DNA from: an uncultured bacterium
GTDB lineage: Bacteria; Abyssobacteria; SURF-5
Assembly: GCA_964453435.1 (NCBI GenBank)
Contig: CAYVQZ010000022.1
Location: 4,782 to 68,781, forward strand
Direction: 5' to 3'
DNA length: 64,000 nucleotides
The position numbers and the translations under genes were made by a program. Position 1 is the first letter of the stretch. Each line of letters begins with the position of its first letter. Shown piece by piece: positions 24,972 through 34,813 of this stretch. Below the pieces are notes generated by a model. The model did not search any database and was not told where the DNA came from. It saw only the letters and a list, made by a program, of their open reading frames with translations.

Positions 24972-26772
24972 CGAGGATTTTGTCCAATTGATTTCCCTCA
25001 ATAACCTCGAGTTCAATGAGTTTCCGCGCTACTTTATCCAGTTTTTCCCTGTTTTCTTTGAGCAATACTTTTGCGCGCTCATGGCATCGTTCCACGATCT
25101 CGCGGATTTCTTTGTCTATCTCCGCAGCGATTTCTTCGCTGAAATTGCGCTCTTTCAGGATGTCCCTTCCCAGGAAGACTTCGTCGTTTTCGCCGAACGA
25201 TATGGGACCCAGCTTCTCGCTCATCCCCCATTCGCACACCATCCTGCGGGCAAGCTGAGACGCGTTTTTTATGTCGTTGCCCGCTCCGTTCGTAATGTCC
25301 TGCAGAACAAGTTCCTCCGCTGCGCGTCCGCCGAGCATCATGGTGATGAGATTCGTGATGTATGTGCGCGAGTACGTGTGGCGGTCCTCGAGCGGCAGGT
25401 GCTGTGTAAGACCAAGGGCGCGCCCGCGCGGTATGATTGTCACTTTATGCAGCGGGTCCATGCCTGGAAGCAGGTGTCCGACGAGCGCATGCCCCGCCTC
25501 GTGATAGGCGGTAGTCCGCTTTTCCTCCTCGCTGATGAACATGCTCTTTCGCTCCGGCCCCATCAGGACCCTGTCTTTGGCTTCTTCAAAATCGTGAATG
25601 TCAACGAATTCTTTGCTTCGGCGGGCAGCCAACAGAGCGGCTTCGTTGACCATGTTGGCAAGGTCTGCGCCCGAGAAGCCGGGAGTTCCGCGGGCCAGAA
25701 CCTTCAAGTCGGTCCCTGGCGCAAGCGGAATTTTTCGGGTGTGAACCTTCAGGATTCCCTCGCGTCCGAAAATGTCGGGATTGTCAACGACAATCGAGCG
25801 GTCAAATCGTCCGGGCCGAAGCAGGGCCTTGTCCAGCACATCCGGCCGGTTCGTCGCCGCCATCAGGATGACTCCCTCGTTGCTGTTGAATCCATCCATT
25901 TCAACCAGCAACTGGTTCAGTGTCTGTTCCCTTTCGTCGTGCCCACCGCCCAGGCCGGCCCCGCGCTGGCGCCCGACGGCATCCAGTTCATCGATGAAGA
26001 TGATACACGGGGCATGCTTCATGCCGGTTGCAAACAGGTCGCGCACACGAGCGGCGCCGACGCCCACGAACATCTCGACAAAATCCGATCCGCTGATATT
26101 GAAAAAGGGAACCTTGGCTTCTCCTGCGACTGCCCGGGCAAGGAGGGTTTTGCCTGCCCCCGGCGGTCCCATAAGGAGGACTCCCTTGGGAATTTTTCCT
26201 CCCAGGCGGGTGAATTTCTTTGGGTCTTTCAAAAACTCAATCACTTCTTCCAATTCTTCTTTTGCCTCTTCCACTCCGGCGACGTCTTCAAACGTCACTT
26301 TCCCCTGTGTCTGCGAGTGCATGCGGGCGCGGCTTTTGCCGAATGAAAGCGCTTTATTACCGCCCGCCTGCATTTGACGGTAGGCGAAATACCAGATCAG
26401 CAGGATGATAAGAGCGAAAGGCAGAATCTGAATGAGAATCGTCTGCACCAGTTTCGGAGAATACGGTTTTTCCGAATACTGCACATTATTCTCTTTCAGG
26501 ATATCATGAATTGCCGGGTCGGAGGTAAATGTTTTGAAAGGCCGACTCCCCGTCAGGTCGCCGGTGATCGTGACACCCGACCCGATACCGGTGGCCTCGT
26601 TCGCCTGCAACGTAACCTTGGTGACCTGTCCGTTCTTTACGTGGTCGAGAAACTCGCCATAGCTTATGTCGTCCGGTGGCGCCTGCTTGTTCTCGCGGAA
26701 AAGGAGCACGACGACAAGCAATACGGCCATAATTGCCCAGAAGGCAACGGTTTTATATCTGTTGGCGTTCAT
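24958..26772 (-). CDS. ftsH: ATP-dependent zinc metalloprotease FtsH
   Basis: 604 aa with [18 protein letters not shown], the second region of homology, and the HEAGHAL zinc site. Confidence 0.95.
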   Translation of the reverse strand: MNANRYKTVAFWAIMAVLLVVVLLFRENKQAPPDDISYGEFLDHVKNGQVTKVTLQANEATGIGSGVTITGDLTGSRPFKTFTSDPAIHDILKENNVQYSEKPYSPKLVQTILIQILPFALIILLIWYFAYRQMQAGGNKALSFGKSRARMHSQTQGKVTFEDVAGVEEAKEELEEVIEFLKDPKKFTRLGGKIPKGVLLMGPPGAGKTLLARAVAGEAKVPFFNISGSDFVEMFVGVGAARVRDLFATGMKHAPCIIFIDELDAVGRQRGAGLGGGHDEREQTLNQLLVEMDGFNSNEGVILMAATNRPDVLDKALLRPGRFDRSIVVDNPDIFGREGILKVHTRKIPLAPGTDLKVLARGTPGFSGADLANMVNEAALLAARRSKEFVDIHDFEEAKDRVLMGPERKSMFISEEEKRTTAYHEAGHALVGHLLPGMDPLHKVTIIPRGRALGLTQHLPLEDRHTYSRTYITNLITMMLGGRAAEELVLQDITNGAGNDIKNASQLARRMVCEWGMSEKLGPISFGENDEVFLGRDILKERNFSEEIAAEIDKEIREIVERCHERAKVLLKENREKLDKVARKLIELEVIEGNQLDKILDEPA

Positions 26773-26912
26773 CCAGTAATCAACCTCACCCGATGTTTCA
26801 CGCCCGGACCGCGCTTCTCCGGCGCGCGTTTAACCAATGAACCACCCTAATCTTAGCACAATTCCCACAAAATAACAACAAAGAATGAGGAGCAAAAGGC
26901 AGGCCGAAGGAA

Positions 26913-27437
26913 TCACTTCTCAAGTATGCATATGTCCCGCAATTGACGATACTTTTCGTCAAAGTCGAGCCCGTACCCGACGACAAATTTGTCGGGAATG
27001 GTGAAGCCGGTATAATCCGGCCGAATCATTTCCGTTCGCCCGGGAGATGGTTTGTCGAGCAAAGCGCACAGCCGGACGCTGGCAGGCTCGCGAACCGAGA
27101 GGTAGTTCGTCAAGGCGCGGTAGGTAAGCCCCGTATCAATAATATCTTCAACGATCAGAACATGCTTGTTTCTGACGCCCGAGGAGAAGACCGGCGAAAG
27201 AGTTACGCGCCCCTTGCTGCTGGAATTATAATAGCTCGATGCCGCGACGAAATCGATTTCAACTGTCAGCTTCAGGTTTCTGAGAAGGTCGGCCATAAAA
27301 ATAACCGCTCCTTTGAGCACACACATGAGCACCACTTGCTTTCCCTCATAATCCCGTGAGATGGTTTCGCCCAGCTCTTTGACGCGGCTCGAGATTTGCT
27401 CCTTGTCAAGGAGTATGGAAAGGTGTTCGTTTTTCAT
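26913..27437 (-). CDS. hpt: Hypoxanthine phosphoribosyltransferase
   Basis: 174 aa with the PRPP motif VLIVEDIIDTGLT, plus KFVVGYGLDF. Confidence 0.9.
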   Translation of the reverse strand: MKNEHLSILLDKEQISSRVKELGETISRDYEGKQVVLMCVLKGAVIFMADLLRNLKLTVEIDFVAASSYYNSSSKGRVTLSPVFSSGVRNKHVLIVEDIIDTGLTYRALTNYLSVREPASVRLCALLDKPSPGRTEMIRPDYTGFTIPDKFVVGYGLDFDEKYRQLRDICILEK

Positions 27438-28848
27438 AGTCTACCCGAAGAGCGGCGCGTGAGTTTGCCTTCAGCATAAATCGTCGGTCTATGACGTGTC
27501 CCATCACCCACATGATGGCGCCGTTGGACAAAAGCAGTGGTACCCCGTCGCGCAGAAACCGGGGAATCTTCTTGTCAATGAAAAGGTCTTTCAGTTTCTT
27601 TTCTCCTCGCATTCCAAGCGGGCGAAACGTGTCGCCGGCGCGTCTGGAGCGCACCTCGAGCGGCAGACGGACGGCATCCAGCTCAAAGTACTGGCGGGTG
27701 GCCGAGCACCTTCGGATAAGGCTCGATGGGGATGCAATCTTCTTCAGAACTTTTGTTTTCACAACGACATCGAACTGGGGAACGGGGGTCTGAGCGTCGA
27801 GAGCGACGGCGACAGCGGTTTTCCTGATGCCGGAGCGCGTTCCGGCTGCAGTAATGAGACCGAACCCGCCGCTTACCTCCATGCGGAGTTTCCCGGGCAT
27901 TTCAAGACGTCCGGCGCCTGCCCGGACGAGCGAATCGGCCTTGGCATGGTGACGAGCTTCCAGCATGGGCGCATTTGGTTTCGCGCGGAGGATGAGGCGC
28001 GAAATGATTCTTTTCCTCAACGCGGGATGCATTGCGGCGAGAAGGTCGGCGTGAAAAAGAATCCAATGTGCCTTTTCCTCCACAATCATCTCAGCGGTGA
28101 GAAGCCTGGCCTCTGCGTCAACGAAGTCCCTTTCTGTCGCAAGCGCGGCCGCTGTCGTTACGAGCCGCTCCTTCACTTGCGGGTTGTATTCCCGTTCCAG
28201 GTGTGGCAGCAGTTCCAGACGAATCTTGTTGCGCAGGAAATCGACCGATTCGTTCGACGCGTCTTTCCGGAATTTCAGCTTGCGGGTTCTCAGATATGCG
28301 ATGACATCCTTTTTCCAAGCGTTGATGAGAGGACGAATGATGCGCGGGCCCTTCTCTCCTGCGAGAAATCTGGCTGGCGGAATGCCTGCGAGACCGTCGG
28401 AACCCGAACCTCGAATCAACCTCATGATTATTGTCTCCGCTTGATCGTCCGCCGTGTGGCCGACCGCGATTTTGCTTGCGCCCAGAGACGCGCACGCACG
28501 CGACAAAAAATCGTAGCGAAGCGTCCTTCCCGCCGTTTCAATTGAAAGTTTTTGTTCCTTCGCGAACTCGCCTGCATCCGCTGCGCCCGATGCGAATGCG
28601 ATGCCGCGCCGATTGGCGATTTCTTTGGCGAATCGGGCATCCTCCTCCGCTTCTCTGCCGCGCAGTCTGTGGTTGAAATGGGCAGCGCATACCGTGTGGG
28701 AGTATCGCGGCCGGAGTTCGAGGAGCACATCGAGGAGGCAAATCGAGTCGGGTCCTCCTGAAAGAGCGACCAGAACTGTTTCTCCCTCGGCCAGCATTCT
28801 GTGTCTATCGATTGTCTCGACAACTATTTGCAGCAAATCTTTTCGCAT
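27406..28848 (-). CDS. tilS: tRNA(Ile)-lysidine synthetase
   Basis: From ORF 27406..28965, trimmed to ATG 28848 (MRKDLLQ...). The PP-loop is VALSGGPDS. Overlaps the hpt start by 32 nt. Confidence 0.85.
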   Translation of the reverse strand: MRKDLLQIVVETIDRHRMLAEGETVLVALSGGPDSICLLDVLLELRPRYSHTVCAAHFNHRLRGREAEEDARFAKEIANRRGIAFASGAADAGEFAKEQKLSIETAGRTLRYDFLSRACASLGASKIAVGHTADDQAETIIMRLIRGSGSDGLAGIPPARFLAGEKGPRIIRPLINAWKKDVIAYLRTRKLKFRKDASNESVDFLRNKIRLELLPHLEREYNPQVKERLVTTAAALATERDFVDAEARLLTAEMIVEEKAHWILFHADLLAAMHPALRKRIISRLILRAKPNAPMLEARHHAKADSLVRAGAGRLEMPGKLRMEVSGGFGLITAAGTRSGIRKTAVAVALDAQTPVPQFDVVVKTKVLKKIASPSSLIRRCSATRQYFELDAVRLPLEVRSRRAGDTFRPLGMRGEKKLKDLFIDKKIPRFLRDGVPLLLSNGAIMWVMGHVIDRRFMLKANSRAALRVDYEKRTPFHTP

Positions 28849-28999
28849 ATGATAAATATACCATTTTGGCGGCGGCGCATCAATGAGGCCGAGAGAAGGG
28901 AAGGACATGCGGGAGATGGAACGATGACCGTTGAAGCGCCGCGTGAAGGCCGGAAGCGGTCCCAACTGGCCTCCCGGCGCCAGGAAAACGACGCGGTCG

Positions 29000-29281
29000 C
29001 TAGTCAGTCCCTTTCTTCCATTTTCCCCTGTCTTTTTTCCAGTTTTTGAGCAGAAAGGCTACCCGTTTGACGCCTTTGGCTCGCAGGATGGTTGTCTCGA
29101 TAACACCGAGCAGCCTGGCCTCTTCTCGCTCGCTCATTTCGCGCGGAGGGACCTTCTTCAACTCGCCTCGCACGGTAACCGCGCCGGACGCCGTGCTCAC
29201 GCCGAGCGACGAAATGTCGAGATTGTTTTCCACCAGAATCCTTCTCACCCTCGAGTTTATTTTCAGGTCCTCTTCTGACAT
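29000..29281 (-). CDS. Small BON-like domain protein
   Basis: From ORF 29000..29512, trimmed to ATG 29281. Sequence is MSEEDLKINSRVRRILVENNLDISSLGVSTASGAVTVRGELK... followed by a basic tail. Confidence 0.45.
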   Translation of the reverse strand: MSEEDLKINSRVRRILVENNLDISSLGVSTASGAVTVRGELKKVPPREMSEREEARLLGVIETTILRAKGVKRVAFLLKNWKKDRGKWKKGTD

Positions 29282-29546
29282 TCGGAACTCCACAAACCGG
29301 CAAGACGGACAGATAACCCTTTTTAAGATGAGCCGGCGGCGCCGCTCAGCAAACCGCCAAAGATGTTCAAAGGGAACATGAATCAGAAGATAATTTATCA
29401 GTGACAGACGAAAACAGTCAAGCGCGAGCGGACGGCGCGAGCGGAGAGCATGGCGCCCACCCTCGGCGATTCTTCGGTTGAGAAGGCCTTTTGATTCTGT
29501 TATAATCCACACGATTCTTTGGCTCCAACAATTACGAAGGGGAATC

Positions 29547-30932
29547 GTGGGTACCCGTCTTGGAAGCGAGTTCCGGCTCGAATCGAAACTGTCCGACCTT
29601 TACGCAGACCTCAATGCAATCCTTCGAGCGAACAAAGCGGCCGTCAAGGACGAAGTCGAGCGATTCAAGCAGAAAGCCGCGGAAAACCATCTGCAGTACG
29701 CCGGCCGTGCGCTCTTGATAGCCTTTTATCCGTTCATCGTAACGGCGGCCCAAGCCCGTTCCATCGCCGGCGTGGCGGAATCGATGCTCGGACTGGCGGA
29801 GAGAACCACCCGCCTGTTTCTCGAGGAAGAATCATTGAGGCAGCCATTCGGATTCGGCCCCGAGCAATTGAGGCTGATCGAGGCGCATCCGGGATACGAG
29901 CTTTCGATTCCGTGCGCACGGTTCGATTCCTTCTTCGACGGACAATCGCTGCTCTTTTCGGAGCTGAATACCGACGGGGCATCCGGCATGGATGGAGCGG
30001 ACAAGCTTCCCAAATTTCTGCTGGCTTCTCCCACCATGCAAGCCTTTTTTTCGAAATATCCGGTCCGTGTATTTGATATCAATGAACGCGTTCTCGACAC
30101 AATCTTGCAATGTTACCGCCAGTTTGTCGGAGGCAACGGCGTGTCATCGTCCCCACGCTTGGCAATTGTGGATTGGAACGATGTCCTGACATCGGAGGAA
30201 TTTTTCGCATTTCGGGAATTCTGCGGCGAACGCGGCTACGAAGCCGTCGTGGCCGACCCGAGAGAGCTGGAATACAACGGTGAAGTTTTATCGCATAAAG
30301 GCCTGAAGATTGACATAATTTACAGAAGAGTCGTTTCGCTCGAACTCATCGAGCGACTGGACGAAGTAACGGCGATGATCGAGGCCTTCGTTGACCACAA
30401 TGTTTGCATGGTCGGCTCGTTCCGCTCCGATGTGGCGTTCAACAAGAAAATATTCGAGGCGATGCAAAGCGGCGAGTTCGCCCGTTACTACAGCGAACGG
30501 GAACGCAGGCTGATTCATGAACACGTGCCGTGGACACGCTCCTTTGTCGATGCGGAATGCACATATCGGGGCCGGCAAACAAACATCACGGAGCTTGCCA
30601 GAGAAAACAAAGACAACTTTGTGCTGAAACCCGCCACGATGTACCAGGGAAGAGGGGTGAAGCTGGGCGTTCAGCATACTACCGAACAATGGGAGGACGC
30701 TCTCAAGGCGTGCCAGGCTGACGATTTCGTGCTCCAGGAATTGCTTCCGATACCTTCTCTCCCGATTGGCGTGTGGAACGACGAACTGGAAATGGAGGAG
30801 CGGCTGATTCATCTGGGGGAATTTGTGTTTGGAGGAGGGTTCTGCGGCTTTTACTGCCGTGCGTCCGATGTCCCGGTCGTGAACAGCCACAGCAAGGAAC
30901 TGCTTGTTCCCTGCTTTGTCCTGGAAGATTGA
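29547..30932 (+). CDS. ATP-grasp-like ligase (circularly permuted / glutathionylspermidine-synthase-like architecture)
   Basis: From ORF 29478..30932; the likely start is GTG 29547 after aagggga. Contains RLAIVDWNDV...GYEAVVADPRELEY...IDIIYRRV and NFVLKPATMYQGRGV. The family assignment is from remembered patterns only. Confidence 0.5.
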   Translation: MGTRLGSEFRLESKLSDLYADLNAILRANKAAVKDEVERFKQKAAENHLQYAGRALLIAFYPFIVTAAQARSIAGVAESMLGLAERTTRLFLEEESLRQPFGFGPEQLRLIEAHPGYELSIPCARFDSFFDGQSLLFSELNTDGASGMDGADKLPKFLLASPTMQAFFSKYPVRVFDINERVLDTILQCYRQFVGGNGVSSSPRLAIVDWNDVLTSEEFFAFREFCGERGYEAVVADPRELEYNGEVLSHKGLKIDIIYRRVVSLELIERLDEVTAMIEAFVDHNVCMVGSFRSDVAFNKKIFEAMQSGEFARYYSERERRLIHEHVPWTRSFVDAECTYRGRQTNITELARENKDNFVLKPATMYQGRGVKLGVQHTTEQWEDALKACQADDFVLQELLPIPSLPIGVWNDELEMEERLIHLGEFVFGGGFCGFYCRASDVPVVNSHSKELLVPCFVLED

Positions 30933-30941
30933 GGTCTGCGA

Positions 30942-31790
30942 ATGCCAAAAAAAAGCGCGACAACCGAGAAAAATTCGAAAGTCATCGACGCCCACGTGCA
31001 TATTAATTTCGAGCGCCCGTTGTCGCAGGAATTAGCGGCAAAAATAGGGCTCACGTACACACCGGAGGGACTGCTCCGGGACATGGACGATAACAATGTG
31101 GTTCGCGCCCTTGTCATGACTGTGCCGGGGCAAATTGAGACTGCGAAACGATTCGCCAAACAGTTTCCTGAACGATTCTGGGTTGCCGGCTCGGCCGATC
31201 CCAAGAATCTTACGGATGACTACCTCATGGCGCTCGAATCGGACATGGCCGACGGCTCCATTCGCGCCATCAAATTCTACGTCGGCTACCAGCACTATTA
31301 TCCGGATGACGAGGATTGCGTGCCGATTTATGAACTCGCCATGAAACACGACGTGCCCGTCATCTTTCACACCGGCGACTGCGTGAGCGCGATGGCGCGT
31401 TTGCGTTTCTCGCATCCGCTCAATATTGACGAACTGGCCTTTCGTTTTCCCGAGTTGAAGATTGTGATGGCGCACATGGGAAACCCCTGGCTCCATGATG
31501 CGGCCGAAGTTATCTATAAAAACGAAAACGTTTACGCCGACCTCTCCGGAATCATAACCGGCTTGCCCGACGCGTACTGTGATGAATACCGGGAGTGGAT
31601 TCGGAATCAGTTGCAGGGAGCTATCTACTATTGTGGCGCCGACAACCTGTTGTTTGGAACCGATTACTGCCTCGCGTCGCATGCCGATGCCATCGATTTC
31701 TTCTCCCGCCTGAAAATCAAGGAAAACGATTTTCCGAAGATTTTTTATGAGAACGCCTTGAGGCTGTTCGGCAGAGGCGAGAACGTATGA
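30942..31790 (+). CDS. Metal-dependent amidohydrolase (TIM-barrel, Amidohydro_2-like)
   Basis: 282 aa with the VIDAHVHINF HxH motif, plus HTGD, MAHMGNPW and GTDY. Starts 9 nt after the ATP-grasp stop. Confidence 0.75.
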   Translation: MPKKSATTEKNSKVIDAHVHINFERPLSQELAAKIGLTYTPEGLLRDMDDNNVVRALVMTVPGQIETAKRFAKQFPERFWVAGSADPKNLTDDYLMALESDMADGSIRAIKFYVGYQHYYPDDEDCVPIYELAMKHDVPVIFHTGDCVSAMARLRFSHPLNIDELAFRFPELKIVMAHMGNPWLHDAAEVIYKNENVYADLSGIITGLPDAYCDEYREWIRNQLQGAIYYCGADNLLFGTDYCLASHADAIDFFSRLKIKENDFPKIFYENALRLFGRGENV

Positions 31791-32017
31791 ACCGCGAAAC
31801 GAGGAATGGGCTATGAATCTGCCCACCGGTTGGCGATGCGGCTTATTGGGAGACACCATGGCGCATCCTGTCCCCAATAAGCCGGGCCGAGAGCGTCGCT
31901 CGCGGGCCATTCGTGCAAACCGTTTTTTGAGGCCTTTTGTTATTCCAATCGTGGGATAGGTTCCCCTGTTCCGCCTGCCGCGACCCATGAGAGCATCACA
32001 GAGAAAAGGAGGCAGAA

Positions 32018-32644
32018 ATGATTTTCAAGCAGATACCGGTCGGCATGATGGCGAATTTCACATACGTCCTCGGGTGCGAGAAAACGAGGAAGGCTGCAGT
32101 TGTGGACCCGCCCTCCGATATATCGGACATCATAAAGGTCGCAACGGAAAATGGTTTGAACATAGAATTCATAATTGCGACTCACAGCCATTCCGACCAC
32201 ACGGAAGGCATCCGCTCGCTCGTTCGGCAAACCGGCGCAAAAGTGGCCGTACACAAGGAAGACGCTCCAAGTCTCGAGCGACGCAACATTCCGACCGACA
32301 GACTTGTCGGAGACGGCGATGAACTGATGGTGGGCGATATCCGGATTGAAATTCTGCACACGCCCGGCCATACACCCGGCAGCATATGCCTGCTGGCGGA
32401 CAAAAAGCTCCTGACCGGTGACACCTTGTTTGTCGGTAACTGTGGCCGCAGCGACCTTCCCGGCGGCAGCGCCAGACACCTGTATCAGAGCCTGCATGAG
32501 AAACTGAAGAAATTGCGGGACGATATCGAAGTGTACCCGGGCCATGACTACGGCGACCGGCCCGCCTCAACGATAGCACGCGAAAAGGCGACGAACCCCA
32601 CACTGACCTGCAAGTCATACGAAGAATTTGAGAGGGTCCCCTGA
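32018..32644 (+). CDS. MBL-fold metallo-hydrolase (glyoxalase II-like)
   Basis: 208 aa containing ATHSHSDHTEG, HTPGHTPGS and GHDY. AAGGAGG Shine-Dalgarno. Confidence 0.85.
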   Translation: MIFKQIPVGMMANFTYVLGCEKTRKAAVVDPPSDISDIIKVATENGLNIEFIIATHSHSDHTEGIRSLVRQTGAKVAVHKEDAPSLERRNIPTDRLVGDGDELMVGDIRIEILHTPGHTPGSICLLADKKLLTGDTLFVGNCGRSDLPGGSARHLYQSLHEKLKKLRDDIEVYPGHDYGDRPASTIAREKATNPTLTCKSYEEFERVP

Positions 32645-32810
32645 GTTCCGGAAAAAACGCGCGCCTGAATGGTTTCATGATACAACGAGGCATGCGCCCT
32701 CAAACCGTGGGACACACTCACAGTGAATCTGTTCGGCGGTTGTCCGGCCAAAGGGGTGCGAATGATGCCCGGGCCCCGCGTGGGGGCTGGTGTCTCCGAG
32801 AACAGGCATT

Positions 32811-32847
32811 GACAGAAAAGCCGGAATGCGCCGAAGCGCATTCCGGC
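32811..32847 (-). terminator. Intrinsic terminator downstream of rpoD
   Basis: A perfect 12-bp stem pairs gccggaatgcgc (32820-32831) with gcgcattccggc (32836-32847) around a cgaa loop. On the minus strand it is followed by TTTTCTGTC. It lies 22 nt past the rpoD stop, in a convergent gap. Confidence 0.7.
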
Positions 32848-32868
32848 CGCAGCGAGTCTTTGACCTCT

Positions 32869-34716
32869 TTATTCGGTAACCGTCCAGTCGAGGAAGCTTT
32901 TCAGTTTGCGGCTTCGGGTCGGATGACGCATCTTCCGGATTGCTTTTGCTTCTATCTGCCGAACCCGCTCGCGCGTCACGTTGAAAACGCTGCCAACTTC
33001 TTCGAGAGTGCGGGGATAACCGTCGCCCAGGCCGAAACGGAGACGGAGAACTTTTTCTTCTCGCTCGGTGAGGGTTTTCAACACCTCTTCGAGTTTCTCC
33101 TGGAAAACGGTGAATGCGGCGGTATTGATGGGAGTCTCGATAGACCTGTCCTCTATGAAATCGCCGAAACTGCTGTCGCCCTCATCGCCGATGGGCGTTT
33201 CAAGCGATATCGCCTCCTGCGCTATCTTCAGAATTCCCCGCACTTTTTCGACTTCCATCCGCATTGCCTCCGAGATTTCCTCGGGAGTCGGTTCTCTCCC
33301 GTACTCCTGAACGAGCCGGCGCGAGGTGCGGATCACTTTATTGATTGTTTCGATCATGTGGACCGGTATCCGGATTGTGCGGGCCTGGTCGGCGATTGCC
33401 CGAGTGATCGCCTGCCGAATCCACCATGTCGCGTAGGTTGAGAACTTGTACCCCCGGCGGTACTCGAATTTGTCAACAGCCTTCATGAGGCCTATGTTGC
33501 CTTCCTGTATCAGGTCGAGGAACGACATCCCGCGATTCGTATACTTCTTCGCGATGCTCACGACGAGACGCAGGTTGGCTTCCACAAGGTCCATCTTGGC
33601 CCGGTAAATCTCGGCCTCGTTATTTTCGATTCGTGTTATCAGTCCGTACAGCCCCTGTTTGGTCAGTCGTGTCTCGTGATAGATCGTGTTCAGGCGCCGC
33701 TTCGCGTTATGGAGTTTCCTTTCGAGTTCGACGAAGCGGCCCAATGAAACGGGGATTCGCCGAGCCAAACGCTTCGAGTCGATCTGTCGCCGGCGCAGTT
33801 TTTTCCCGAGGTCTTCAATTTTGTCTGCGCTCAGCTTCAACTCGTCTTCGATGGTCTTTATCTCCTGCTCGGCCGTTTTGACCTTCCCGCGGAGATTCTT
33901 TATTTTTGTGGCTATCCTGTTGACCTCTTTGATCTTGAGATTCAACTCGCGGAGCGCCGCGGCCTCTCTTGTCCGGATTGTCGCGATCTCGCTCCGCAGC
34001 CGGTTCTTGGTTTTGGAGCCGAGCCGGGGTCTCTGCAGGCTTTTTTCCAGCCTGCGAATCGACGCCTCGCTCTTGTGCAGTAAATCGATGATCTTCGGGA
34101 GGCGGGCCTCGAGCTCCTTCAGCTTTTTGTCATCATCTTCTCGCGAAACGCTCTCCAGCGAGAGTTTTCCCCTGACTATTTTCTGGAGGAGCGGCAGTAT
34201 CTCTTTCAGCCCGTATGGGGTCCGGATGATTGTCTCCCGCAGGCCGTTCTCGGCTTTTTCGATGTTTTGGGCTATTCGAACTTCTTCATCTTTGGTCAAG
34301 AGAGGAACGCGTCCCATTTCTCTGAGATACATCCGCACGGGGTCGTCCGCTCGGTCCACGCGGGAGGGCGCAAATTCTCTTTCCTCTTCGTCTTCTTCGA
34401 TTGCGGCCTCTTCCGGCTCTTCGAGCTTCAGCGTATCCACAACATCAATGTCGTGGTCGCCAAGCGTAAGCAGTATCTCGTCGATTTCGCCGGAGGAAAC
34501 GACATCGTCCGGAAGCATATCATTGATTTCGTCGTAGGTAAGTTGTCCGCGCTTTTTGCCTTTCTCGATGAGCTCCTGAACAACATCGCTCTCTCTCACC
34601 TTTTTTTCAAGAGTTCTTTCCACACTATCACCCTTTTGAATAGTCTCTTTTGCGCTCTGCTTCTGCGGCGCTTTCGGTTGAGCCTTCTCCCTTTTCTGTT
34701 GCGTCCGTTTGGACAC
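32869..34716 (-). CDS. rpoD: RNA polymerase primary sigma factor (sigma-70)
   Basis: 615 aa with a GTG start. Region 2 reads [14 protein letters not shown] and region 4 reads [20 protein letters not shown]. Confidence 0.95.
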   Translation of the reverse strand: MSKRTQQKREKAQPKAPQKQSAKETIQKGDSVERTLEKKVRESDVVQELIEKGKKRGQLTYDEINDMLPDDVVSSGEIDEILLTLGDHDIDVVDTLKLEEPEEAAIEEDEEEREFAPSRVDRADDPVRMYLREMGRVPLLTKDEEVRIAQNIEKAENGLRETIIRTPYGLKEILPLLQKIVRGKLSLESVSREDDDKKLKELEARLPKIIDLLHKSEASIRRLEKSLQRPRLGSKTKNRLRSEIATIRTREAAALRELNLKIKEVNRIATKIKNLRGKVKTAEQEIKTIEDELKLSADKIEDLGKKLRRRQIDSKRLARRIPVSLGRFVELERKLHNAKRRLNTIYHETRLTKQGLYGLITRIENNEAEIYRAKMDLVEANLRLVVSIAKKYTNRGMSFLDLIQEGNIGLMKAVDKFEYRRGYKFSTYATWWIRQAITRAIADQARTIRIPVHMIETINKVIRTSRRLVQEYGREPTPEEISEAMRMEVEKVRGILKIAQEAISLETPIGDEGDSSFGDFIEDRSIETPINTAAFTVFQEKLEEVLKTLTEREEKVLRLRFGLGDGYPRTLEEVGSVFNVTRERVRQIEAKAIRKMRHPTRSRKLKSFLDWTVTE

Positions 34717-34813
34717 AGCTTTCTTTTTTACCTTTTTCGAAGTTATTCTTCCCGACCTCCCTTTTCAGGAATTTTGCCGCCGTGCCTCGCAGAGACCCGG
34801 GTGCGCCCGTCCG

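Noticed and set aside
29282-29512. 5' extensions of several track ORFs: 29000..29512, 27406..28965, 1524..2966, 56586..57770, 18831..19892, 498..977 and 37821..38201.
   Set aside because: The extended N-termini are Arg-rich or overlap upstream genes. Internal ATG or TTG codons with good Shine-Dalgarno sequences coincide with the canonical family N-termini or signal peptides, so the shorter models were used.
31840-31883. Perfect 11-bp inverted repeat ggcttattggg / cccaataagcc with a 22-nt loop, 50 nt after the amidohydrolase stop.
   Set aside because: Considered as a terminator. The loop is large and no U-tract follows directly (the TTTTTT run is about 40 nt further on). It may be a protein-binding palindrome or an RNA element, but I cannot support a specific call.
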